This document shows, one piece after another, positions 23,975 to 34,135 of a stretch of DNA of 64,000 bases. The stretch lies in contig OZ024740.1 in NCBI GenBank assembly GCA_964016885.1, positions 125,426,001 through 125,490,000 on the forward strand. The letters are read 5' to 3'. The position numbers and the translations under genes were made by a program. Numbering within the stretch: the stretch's first letter is position 1; each line of letters starts with the position of its first letter. Below the pieces are notes generated by a model that had not been told where the DNA came from, searched no databases, and worked only from the letters and a program-made list of their open reading frames with translations. The stretch comes from Eledone cirrhosa (Eukaryota).

Positions 23975-24380
23975 TCCACAAGAATATGAAACAAATAGCT
24001 TTTGCTTAAAAATTCAGAATGTAAATAATTTTGAATTTCCTTTCATGAACGAGAGAGTTTTGGCAAATAGTGGAACATTTTACCATAAATTATCTATTCA
24101 TTACTAAAAAGCTATTCATCTTGATTCTGAAAGACTACTTATTACTGCACAATGTGAAGTAATTCTTTAGACTTTGGGTTTCTCTATACACAAGATTTGT
24201 TGATACAATGTATTAATTGGATAAAAATAGGTATTATTAGGCTAAATGATTGATTTGATATTTTGCTGTCTCATGCTCGGATATCTGAGAAACCTTGTGT
24301 GATAGATAAATAAATATACATAATATATATTATATATATGAACATATATATGTATGTCTATGCACACACACACACACACA

Positions 24381-24383
<3 letters not shown>

Positions 24384-24451
<68 letters not shown>
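24384..24451. repeat. (TA)n microsatellite
   Basis: Read directly. Confidence 0.95.
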
Positions 24452-24454
<3 letters not shown>

Positions 24455-25449
24455 GATAAATCTACCAAGAGTTTACGGTAGTGTCCAATCCGTATTTATA
24501 TATATATATATATATATACATATGTATACTTGTTTACCAAAATATATTTGCTTGTGACAGTATAAACTGAGGAAGGTATTTTTCTGCTCTAGACAAGCTT
24601 ATTGTTGTCACAATGTTTAACCACAAGTCAAACCTAATTGGCAGACATAAAATCAAGGCATTCCTACGGTTACCATTCCTTTCATTTTTCTTTTAGCCAT
24701 AATGTATTCTGGAATATATTATTCAATGTGACTTCTTTTGGATATAGTGAAGTTTTGGTGTGAGAGAATTTGGCTGGTATACCATCAAGTCTAATGAGTG
24801 TATAAATACTCTGCCATTGATTTGGATCGATGAACTAAATTATTTGTTGGTGTGTGTTATTTTTTAAAGAATTCGTAATGGATTAGTAACACAACAGCAA
24901 CCATTTTAAGACTATTTCCCTGCTGAAGCTGTGGTTGTTAGCCTTGCATTGCAACCCCCATGACAAACAATCTGGATCATGGCATATCATTTGCATCCCC
25001 ACTCGCCACTCTCATTTTTTTTTTCATCATTAACTTTAGCCATGTAACTTTGAGGCTTTTCTGCTTCCTTGATTTTTTCCCTCATTCATTTTCATCACCC
25101 ACCGCCATTTGCCCAGTTACTTTCCCCAACCATCTTAATCAGTTTTTCTCACATTATCATCTTGCCTCTGAAACTATCCCATGATAAATATAATTGATTA
25201 TCATCATCTTCATTTTATATATGCTTTTCTTGCTACAATGTGTGGATCATTTGCCAAAGTTCTAGAAATGTCTTATTCGGAGTTACTAACTCTTGTATAT
25301 TCCAAATGTTGAAATGGTTTCTACAGCTGAATGCCACCTTCTTAATACCAAACAATTTAAGTAATGCCCTAGGTACACTTTATCATGCCAACGGCACTAG
25401 AGAGTTTCCCATGTCCTCAACAAGACTAAAGAGTTATTTCTATCTTACA

Positions 25450-26398
25450 CTAGCAGTAAAGCCCGGCGTTGCTCGGGGTCGCTCAGTAGCTGTGTTAAAG
25501 TTACAATGTTAAGTTTCTTTCTTGGCTTAAAAACTGTAGTGTCTACTGTGCAGACTTGCATGTGGTGTTTTTGATTAATATTCCCTCAACCAACAATATG
25601 CCTTATGAAGTTAAGAAAACATAACGATAACCCGAATGTTATAACAAAAGAGGATGCTGGGGATAGAAACTGCACTGGTTATTTATTAACAAAGATCGAA
25701 AATGTAAACACTGCAACGCAGAGAAAAACATTAGCGTAACCAAATTATCAGTTATGTCTGTCTGCACGCCTATATCACCTCTCTGCACGACTGTCTGTCT
25801 GCACGCCTATATCACCTCTCTGCACAACTGTGTTTGCACGCCTATATCACCTCTCTGCACGACTATCTGTCTGCACGCCTATATCACCTCTCTGCACGAC
25901 TATCTGTCTGCACGCGTATATCACCTCTCTGCACGACTGTCTGTCTGCACGACTGTCTGTCTGCACGCCTAACGACGAAATATTTGCTTGTTTTACGTAG
26001 TCTTTAAATAGACTTGTTTTCAAGTAAAAATATTGTTTTAAAATGCTTTTAAATGGAAATGAAGCAAAACGGAAGCCTAGTGTTCGAACTGATGAATTTT
26101 GCAGGTCAATATTTTGCTGGCTCGACAACTGTTAAAGCCAGCGTAATTTTTTACGTAAGACGCTCAATGTAAACAGAACAAAGGGAAATAACTGATAACT
26201 TACGCTCAAAAATCGATACATTATATTCGATTTCGTCACATAGGGTGGGTCAATTTGAAATTTTTTTTTTCCGATGTCTTCGCTAGGGCTCAATGTACAA
26301 GTATAGCAATTTCGGTGCAATTCCGTGAGAGATTCTAAGAGGAGATGTGTGCCAAAAATCGATAGACAGACAGACAACCACAGTTTTATATATATAGA
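25450..26398 (-). mobile_element. Non-autonomous Helitron
   Basis: Minus strand starts A|TCTATATATATAAAA and ends with the hairpin CCCGAGCAACGCCGGG, then about 8 nt, then CTAG|T; inserted in an AT site with no TSD; (GTCT)n near the 5' end. Confidence 0.85.
25756..25970. repeat. 37-bp minisatellite (about 5.5 copies) inside the Helitron
   Basis: Unit GTCTGTCTGCACGCCTATATCACCTCTCTGCACGACT. Confidence 0.92.
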
Positions 26399-26460
26399 TT
26401 GTCACTATTCCATTTTATACACACTTCCATACACAGGCATATATATATATATACACACAC

Positions 26461-26475
26461 ACGTACGTACGTACG

Positions 26476-26511
<36 letters not shown>

Positions 26512-26523
26512 TTTGTGCGTGTG
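26461..26523. repeat. (ACGT)n/(GCGT)n microsatellite
   Basis: Read directly. Confidence 0.9.
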
Positions 26524-26596
26524 TTTTTCAGAGGGTCGATTGGTCATGGTAGATCAATATATCAACATATTGACTGGCAGGTAGTGGTCACCTTAC

Positions 26597-26662
26597 CACC
26601 TGTTTCTAAGTCCCGAAATCTCTGATGAAACTCATCATCTTCCTCTGAAATATTGATTGTTT
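26597..26662 (-). CDS. Candidate 66-nt phase 1-1 exon (ETINISEEDDEFHQRFRDLETG)
   Basis: TTGTTTCTCAG acceptor, G|GTAAGG donor, only one of three frames open, protein-like composition. Confidence 0.4.
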
Positions 26663-26959
26663 CTGAGAAACAATCATAAAACAATGAACTAATTAACTAC
26701 ATGTCTCTGACTTTTGTTTTATTTTTATTGTTCAATACACACATATATATAAATGACTGTGACTTGAGCATATTCTTAAAATAAACCTTAATTTAAGAGC
26801 ACTTACCATAAAAACTATAGGAATCACTGCCTAATCTCGCTGAAACCAACTCTTCAAGGCCACATTGAGTTTTAACAACATAATTAGCCCCACCACAAAC
26901 AGATGAAAGCCAATATATATACACACACGCAATCGCATGCTTGGAGACAGAGATAAGAA

Positions 26960-27240
26960 GAAATAAATAAATAAAATAGAAATGGGAGGAAACATAATAG
27001 TATCACTGATGATATCGCAGATGTGTGATGAAAGAACTTTGATAGACTATATATATATATTTATATCTGTATTTGTATCCGCTGGTCAATCAATAACAAA
27101 CATTGGTTGCCACATAAATTAACTATGGAGATATAAAAGATACAGAAGCGAAAACCAACCCAAACCAAATAGTGAGTGTGTTCGGTTATTATTTCTGGCA
27201 ATATTATAACAATATGATCCTCCCAAGTATAACAATATCT
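26960..27240 (+). mobile_element. Solo pLTR of the Penelope-like family
   Basis: Collinear with 47020-47325 (GGAGGAAACATAATAG..GAAAGAACTTTG..AGATACAGAAGCG..AGTGAGTGTGTTC..GTATAACAATAT). Confidence 0.8.
27001..27044 (+). ncRNA. Minimal type I hammerhead ribozyme motif
   Basis: Stem I TATCA / CTGATGA-T / stem II ATCGCA-GATG-TGTGAT / GAAA-GAAC-TT / stem I' TGATA. Confidence 0.75.
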
Positions 27241-27461
27241 ATATCTATATATGAATATAATATAAAACATTAGAAAATTATGGAATTCTGTACAAATAAT
27301 AATTGTTTCTACTTTTGGCACAAGGCCAGCAAATTTTCCCAGTGCATTACTGGTACTTTATTTTATCGACCACGTAAGGATGAAAGGCAAAGTTTACCTT
27401 GGAGGGATTTGAACTCACATCATAAAGGGAGGTAACTCTATGCTTCAAAGCATGGTGTCCG

Positions 27462-28789
27462 AACAGTCAGACAGAATTATAGAATAGCAATTAAGAAGTA
27501 GGATTTGGATTCTGGGCGATTATAGATATATGGATGATTGAACCGAAGGGTGGGGAGACAAGAAGAAAATGGTATTTTTACATTACATTACGTAGAAGTG
27601 GACTGACCATTAATAAGAGTTGACAAATTCTGCGATTCGTACCTCGTAACAGGTTTATTTATATTAGGTGTGAATAGGGAGTGAGCGAGAGAGATTGAAA
27701 GAGGGAGGGACCAACAGTCACGTATATGATAGAGAGAGGGGGTTGATAGCGATTTAGAGGGCCGAGAGAAGCCATATTTATGAATCCTGGAAAAATTTTA
27801 GGCCAGAATGGTAGCGAGGAGAAGATTATTTAGAACAAGCGAGGAGAAGATTATTTAGAACAGTCAGACAGAATTATAGAATAGCAATTAAGAAGTAGGA
27901 TTTGCATTCTGGCGATTATAGATATATGGATGAATGAACCGAAGGGTGGGGAGAGAAGAAGTAAATGGTATTTTTACATTACATTTCGTAGAAGTGGACT
28001 GACCATTAATAAGAGTTGACAAATTCTGAGATTCGTATCTTGTAACAGGTTTATTTATATTTGGTGCGAGTAGGGAGTGAGCGAGAGAGTGAGGGATCAA
28101 CAGGCACGTATATGATAGAGAGAGGGGGGTGATAGCGATTTAGAGGGCCGAAAGAAGCCATTTTTATGAATCCTGGAAAGGTTTTCGGCCTGAATGGTAG
28201 CGAGAAGATTATTTAGACAAGCGAGGAGAAGATTATTTCGAACAGTCAGACAGAATTATAGAATAGCAATTAAGAAATAGGATTTGGATTCTGGGCGATT
28301 ATAGATATATGGAAGAATGAACCGAAGGCTGGGGAGTTAAGAGGAAAATGGTATTTTTACATTATATTTCGTAGAAGTGGACTAACCATTAATAAGAGTT
28401 GACAAATTCTGAGATTCGTACCTCGTAACATATTTATTTATATTTATTATAAATAAACCTGTTACGAGGTACGAATCTCAGAATTTGTCACCTCTTATTA
28501 ATGGTCAGTCCACTTCTACGAAATGTAATGTAAAAATACCATTTACTTCTTCTCTCCCCACCCTTCGGTTTATTCATCCATATATCTATAATCGCCCAGA
28601 ATCCAAATCTTACTTCTTAAATGCTATTCTATAATTCTGTCTGACTGTTCTAAATAATCGTCTCCTCGCTTGTTCTAAATAATCTTCTCCTCGCTACCAT
28701 TCTGGCCTAAAATTTTTCCAGGATTCATAAATATGGCTTCTCTCGGCCCTCTAAATCGCTATCACCCCCCTCGCTTTATCATATACGTG

Positions 28790-28841
<52 letters not shown>

Positions 28842-28938
28842 TACTCGCACCAACTATAAATAAACCTGTTACGAGGTACGAATCTGAGAGTTTGTCAACT
28901 CTTATTAATGGTCAGTCTAAATAATCTTCTCCTCGCTA
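27462..28938. repeat. Tandem repeat of about 390 bp (2.5 direct units) followed by about 1.3 inverted units (foldback)
   Basis: Units start near 27462, 27860 and 28241; orientation switches at about 28445; 28449-28917 is the reverse complement of about 27996-28441. Confidence 0.92.
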
Positions 28939-28939
28939 A

Positions 28940-30862
28940 CTACCCCATATCCATCCCATCCGCCCCCACTCTCCACCATTATTATTTGGACCAATCATAA
29001 GTCAACGGCCTATGCTATCACTTCACCTGGTTGCTTTTCGATATGATGGATGGACTAAGGATTTTCTAGAGAGTCTGAAGAATCTGGGCACTAGAAGACA
29101 ATGCCAAAGATAACGACAATTCACCTCATGCTGCCGGACGAAAGGGCAAGGACTCCTCCTCTTTGTTTCGACCGCAGATGGCCAACATAACCCCAACCCC
29201 ATCCCCCTCACCCCTCCCTGCGCCTCACCCACCAAACGCAATCCAAAACTTTAGAGTTGGTACCATGAATGTAGGCACCTTAAAAGGCCGCTCTAACGAG
29301 GTTGTAGAAATGCTTGAACGTAAGGAGGTTGATGTTTGCTGTATCCAGGAGACCAGGTGGAGGGGCGGGTCTGCTAGATTCATTGTGGGTAAAAAACGAT
29401 GCTATAAGCTTTTCTGGGTGGGAAATGACAATGGGCTGGGTGGGGTAGGAATCATATTAGCAGAAAAATGGGTGGATAAGATAATAGACGTAAATAGAGT
29501 GAATGACAGAATAATTAAAATAAGACTTGTTCTAAATAGAACTACTGTGACAGTAATATCTGCGTACGCACCCCAATCCCGACTGCCTGGCGCTATAAAA
29601 GACAGATTCTATGAGACACTGATGCTCACTACGTCCCAAATAACCGACAGTGACTATATAATTATTGCTGGCGCCCTAAATGGTCACGTTGGGCAACATT
29701 GTGACGGCTATGACGGAATCCACGGAGACTATGGGTTTGGTACTAGAAATAAGGAAGGCTCCAGAATCCTGGAATTCTGTGACGCAAATAACACTAACTT
29801 CAAACAACGAGACAATCACTTGATCACCTACAGATCAGGGGAACATACGAGCCAGGTAGATTATATCCTTACCAGAAGACGTAACAGAGTGTCCGTTGTA
29901 AACACTAAATCCCTCCCCCCATGAAGAATGCACCTCCCAACATAGACTGATAATTAGCGACCTCATAGTCAGGACAAGACGTACTCGACAACAGAAGAGG
30001 ACTATCCTCAGGAGAAATATATGGAAGCTAAAGGACCGCACAGCCAGAAATAAATTTAAAAGCATATTACTTGATGTTTTCGACAGAAAGGAAGAGCATT
30101 TAGAGTCGTACAATATAGAGGAACAGTAGGAATTCCTGAAAGCAAACCTGCTGTTGGCGGCAGACAAGTCTGTGGCTGGAGCAGGCCTATAGGCAGGAGG
30201 AGAGTAACATAGTGGTGGAACAGTAAGGTGGAGGAGTCAATTAAGGCCAAAAAGCAGGCTTGGAAAGTATGGCGGGATGGGGGGAAGTAGAGAAGACTAT
30301 CAAGTGGCCAGGAGGGAAGCTAGGAGACAAGTGTACTTCGCAGGAAGGGAAGCAGAGGAAAGAAAGTTCAAGCATGTTCTACAACGCGAGGACCAAAAAC
30401 GTGATGTGTTCAGGATTGCTAGGCAATGTGTCAAGGAAAACCGTGATATTGTCGGAGAAGTGTGTCCTAAATGATGATGGTGTACTTGCCATCACTGACG
30501 CTGATAAGAAGGTAGCTTGGAAGTGTCACTAAGAAAGGCTACTAAATGAGGAGAATAAATGGGAGAAAGACAGTCTCCCCCACATCGACCCAATAGAGGG
30601 ACCAGCAGTGTTAATCGAAGGTAGTATAATAAGTAAGGCAATCAAAGATATGAAGCCGGGTAAGGCGGCTGGGCCTTCGGAAATAGTTGCTGAACTGCTG
30701 AAAGCTTCTGGAACAGTGGGACACACCATGGTCACCCGGATAGTAAACCAAGTCATACAGAATGGGGTTTTTCCGAAGGACTGGCATAGCAGCATCATCA
30801 TTAACTGCTACAAGGGTAAAGGAGATGCCCTAGATAGGAGTAACTATAGAGGCATTAAATTA
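28940..30862 (+). mobile_element. RTE-clade LINE, 5' half (APE endonuclease to start of RT), 3'-truncated
   Basis: ORF 29163-29924 with GTMNVGTL, CIQETRW, SAYAPQ, SQVDYIL; downstream KAAGPSEI and YKGKGDALDRSNYRGIKL; overlaps the start of the 60555 copy. Confidence 0.9.
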
Positions 30863-30944
30863 TTCTATATATATCATCATCACCGTTTCATCCATTTTTC
30901 CCCTGCTTGCATTCATCTTCTAATTTGTTTTGTAAGATGGTGTA

Positions 30945-31145
30945 GGACAGAACAAAAAAGGGACTCAAAATAACAAATCAGTCAAGGAAGCGGTCACACA
31001 ATGTGCGACAAAAGAGCTTTGCTAAAAAAATAACAACCATCCATTTATTAAACCAAATATCCGGAATTTTGTAATAAATTGAAATGAAAACCAACAGGTG
31101 AATGTGTTTTATTGGCAGCATGAGCCTCCTAAATTATAATACGGT
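30945..31145 (+). mobile_element. Decayed pLTR-like repeat with degenerate hammerhead
   Basis: GTCACA-CAATG-TGCGAC-AAAA-GAGC-TT and TTATTGGCAGCATGA..CTCC shared with 56830-57495. Confidence 0.5.
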
Positions 31146-31183
31146 ATAATAATAATAACAATTTGAAGAATTGTATATAATGT

Positions 31184-31310
31184 GAAGCCACGTGACTGAG
31201 TGGTTAGTGAACTGGATTCACAATCATGATGTTGTGAGTTTGATTCCCGGACTGGGTGATGCATTATGTCCTTGAGCAAGACACTTTATTTTAAGTTGTG
31301 CCATCTGTCT
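31184..31310 (+). mobile_element. SINE family B 5' part (tRNA-like head)
   Basis: TGACTGAGTGGTTAG..GAGTTTGATTCCCGG..CCTTGAGCAAGACACTTTATTT shared with the 48538 copy. Confidence 0.65.
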
Positions 31311-31787
31311 GAAATTGTAACCGGTAGACACTATTAGCAATTGAAAAAACCAGTAGAAACATTGTTTCTTCAGTCTGATTTGATGATGTCTGGAATCTTG
31401 TTGATTGACTGTATATATTATGTATATACGTGTGTGTGTATGTGGACCAGAGAAAGGTATACAGCTCAATGAAAATTGCTAATAAACCAGCATCTCAAAC
31501 AAGACTACTATGTGATATTTATTTCTGCTGAGTTGCATAGACACTTCCTTGTCTTTCTTACCATCAGAAATGTGATGAGCCAGTGATTGGGGCATGGGAA
31601 CAAACACATTACCAATGCTATTGTTAGTTAAATATATGACTTAAAATAACAAAATATATAAATCAAACACAATTATCATTAACTTTGCATACGATTAGAT
31701 GAAAATCAACATTTAAAAGACAATTATCGGCTTCCAACAAAATCTTATATCGATCATGAGTAACAATTAATAGGGACTTCTCTCCCC

Positions 31788-31835
<48 letters not shown>

Positions 31836-31839
<4 letters not shown>

Positions 31840-32171
31840 TCATTTCATTTTACATCCGCTTTTTCCCTGCTTGCAAGGGTGGGACGGGAACTCATTCTGG
31901 CTTGATTTCTACAGCTGGATGCCCTTCCTAACACCAACCTCATTTACAGTGAGTGCTGGGTGCTTTTTTGCCGTGGCCCCTCCACGACCACTTTGCAGTG
32001 GAATGATATGGACCCCAGTCCCTATCATCTCATTTCTACAGCTGAGTAAACTGGAGCAATGTGAAATAAAGTGTCTTGCTCAAGGAAACAACACATCACC
32101 CGGTCTGAGAATTGAACTCACAACCTTTCGATTGCAAGGCCATTGCTCTAACCACTAAGCCATGGGCCTCC
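31836..32171 (-). mobile_element. SINE family B (tRNA-like head, RTE-derived 3' tail, (TGA)n end)
   Basis: Near-identical to 48538-48870; tail GGTGTTAGGAAGGGCATCCAGCTGTAGAAA..GCAAGCAGGGAAAAAGCGGATGTAAAATGA matches the RTE 3'UTR. Confidence 0.88.
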
Positions 32172-32193
32172 ATATATATTTTAATATAGATGA

Positions 32194-32242
32194 GATTCTA
32201 CAGGACTAGAACTGTTTCATTCTTTAGAAATCATCAGGAATC
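32194..32242 (-). ncRNA. Type I hammerhead ribozyme motif
   Basis: GATTC-CTGATGA-TTTC TAAA GAAT-GAAA-CAG TTCTAGTC CTG-TA-GAATC; intact core, stem I of 5 bp, stem III of 3 bp plus A-U, GUA cleavage triplet. Confidence 0.75.
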
Positions 32243-32375
32243 AAGATTCATTCTTTAGAAATCATCAGGAATCATATAGTATATATATGTATACACACAC
32301 ACACACATGTATATATATATATATTGTTTTCCTTAGAATAGCAACATTACTTACACCTAATTTTGTCTCATTGGT

Positions 32376-32552
32376 GGATTGGCAGTATCGGTAGAGGGTC
32401 GGACACCAAGCTTTGACGGCCTTTGCCATTCTGAGTTTAAATCCCGCCGAGGTTAACTTTGCCTTTCATCCTTATGGGGTCAATAAAATAAAGTACCAGT
32501 AATACACTGGTTAATTGCTGGCCTTGTGCCAAAAAGTAAAAACAATTAATTA
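32376..32552 (+). mobile_element. SINE family A
   Basis: Similar to the other copies. Confidence 0.85.
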
Positions 32553-32984
32553 TTTCCTCCATTGTTTCTCTTACTAATCAGGTTTGTATTTTTTAAACTC
32601 TAGTTCTTTATCATCCATATTTCTTATCATCTCTTCTCTAATTTCAATTCAACCTAATTCTTATGCTGCTAGCCTGCTTGTTGCATTGTTCTTTGTTTCA
32701 GGTTTTTAAACAAATCTGACTTTCAGATAAACGTTTAACCAACACTTTCACCTAGTCTATTAAAGATTGCCTCAGGTGCTGCTAAGATCTAAGCAGTTCC
32801 TAGTTTAGGTATTTCTCTTTGACTTCCACTTAATTAAGATGTATACATAATGAATGGGGAAAATGATCCAATGATTGCTGTACATGAAAAGCAAATCTTT
32901 TATTGGTTACTAACACATTTAATGTAGTCAGAAAACAGACATCAAACCATGACCTAAATACACATCAAATATCTGCCTCTTTCG

Positions 32985-33130
32985 ATCAGGTAAAGATATT
33001 CAGGCTTGCTGCTATTAACGTTTGAACAATGGAAAATAGGGCAGTTGAAATTGTAGAAATGCTAGAGCAGAGAAGATTATATGTGTATTGGGTTCAAGAA
33101 ATGAAGTCGCTCTTAGTTTCAGTAAGACCT
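32985..33130 (+). mobile_element. Old RTE endonuclease N-terminal fragment
   Basis: FRLAAINV*TMENRAVEIVEMLEQRRLYVYWVQE aligns with the start of ORF 29163 (FRVGTMNVGTLKGRSNEVVEMLERKEVDVCCIQE). Confidence 0.65.
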
Positions 33131-33550
33131 TCTTGTAGGCAAAGGATACACATTGATCAGAACTTAACTATGAGGTTGAAAGACAGTAACAACATATAGC
33201 CATATAAACATGTACTAGATTGTTATGTGAAAAGTGGTAGTAAATTGTTGAGTATTACAATTGAATTATTTTTATCAGAAAAATGCAGATATTTCTATAG
33301 TGTACAAATAAACACGATGTCAATTCTGTTCTGATTTGAAATAAATCAACAAAATTCTTCAGTAATTGAACTTCTAATGAGAACATTTTCTTCAGAAATT
33401 TGTTGTCAAATAAGCTAAATGTAAAGTGTATTGATTTATTGACAACAATTTAACAACCGAGTCAATTGGGAATGGAAAAATATGAGAACTCTTTAATGTT
33501 ATTCATTAAAGATCTGAGCATATACGTATGTTTGTGCACACACCAACTCA

Positions 33551-33553
<3 letters not shown>

Positions 33554-33604
<51 letters not shown>
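33554..33604. repeat. (TA)n microsatellite
   Basis: Read directly. Confidence 0.95.
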
Positions 33605-33608
<4 letters not shown>

Positions 33609-33849
33609 CTTTCTTTCTCTTATACACACCCTGTTTCTCTCTGTCTGTCTCTCATACACAGCAAACACACAAAAGGTGAGGTTTTTTTATGAATAACTCT
33701 TGATTATTGTCCAAACAACATGTGATGACATCTACAGGGAGACATGTATGCGGATGGTTCAACTTGTTAGAAATAATAGCCAGATTTTCACAAATTGCAT
33801 CCTACTATTTTCATTACACTTGGAAACACTGGCCAATGTAGTCTCTGAT

Positions 33850-34135
33850 ATCATCATCATCATCATCATCGTCGTTTAATGTCCATCTTCCACGCTAGCA
33901 TGGTTTAGATGGTTTTGTTCCATTTGATGTGGGAATGGTCAGGAGACCATGTCTCACTTGTATGGAAGTGTCTGGAAGTGTCTCTGGCAGGTTTTTTACA
34001 ACGGGATACCCTTTCTTACACCAACCACATTTACAGTGTGGACTGGGAGGCTTTTTACCATGTCTCCTATACGACCACCTTACAGTGTGGACAGTGTGGA
34101 CGGAACAGGAAAGGGAGGATGGGGTAGGGTGTGTG
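33850..34135 (-). mobile_element. RTE 3'UTR fragment with (TGA)n tail
   Basis: Similar to 49130-49480. Confidence 0.75.

Noticed and set aside
24452-24500. TACGG..CCGTA mini inverted repeat within (TA)n
   Set aside because: Too short to distinguish from chance.
25756-25970. 37-bp repeats as a CRISPR array
   Set aside because: Head-to-tail units with no unique spacers, no cas genes, eukaryotic context.
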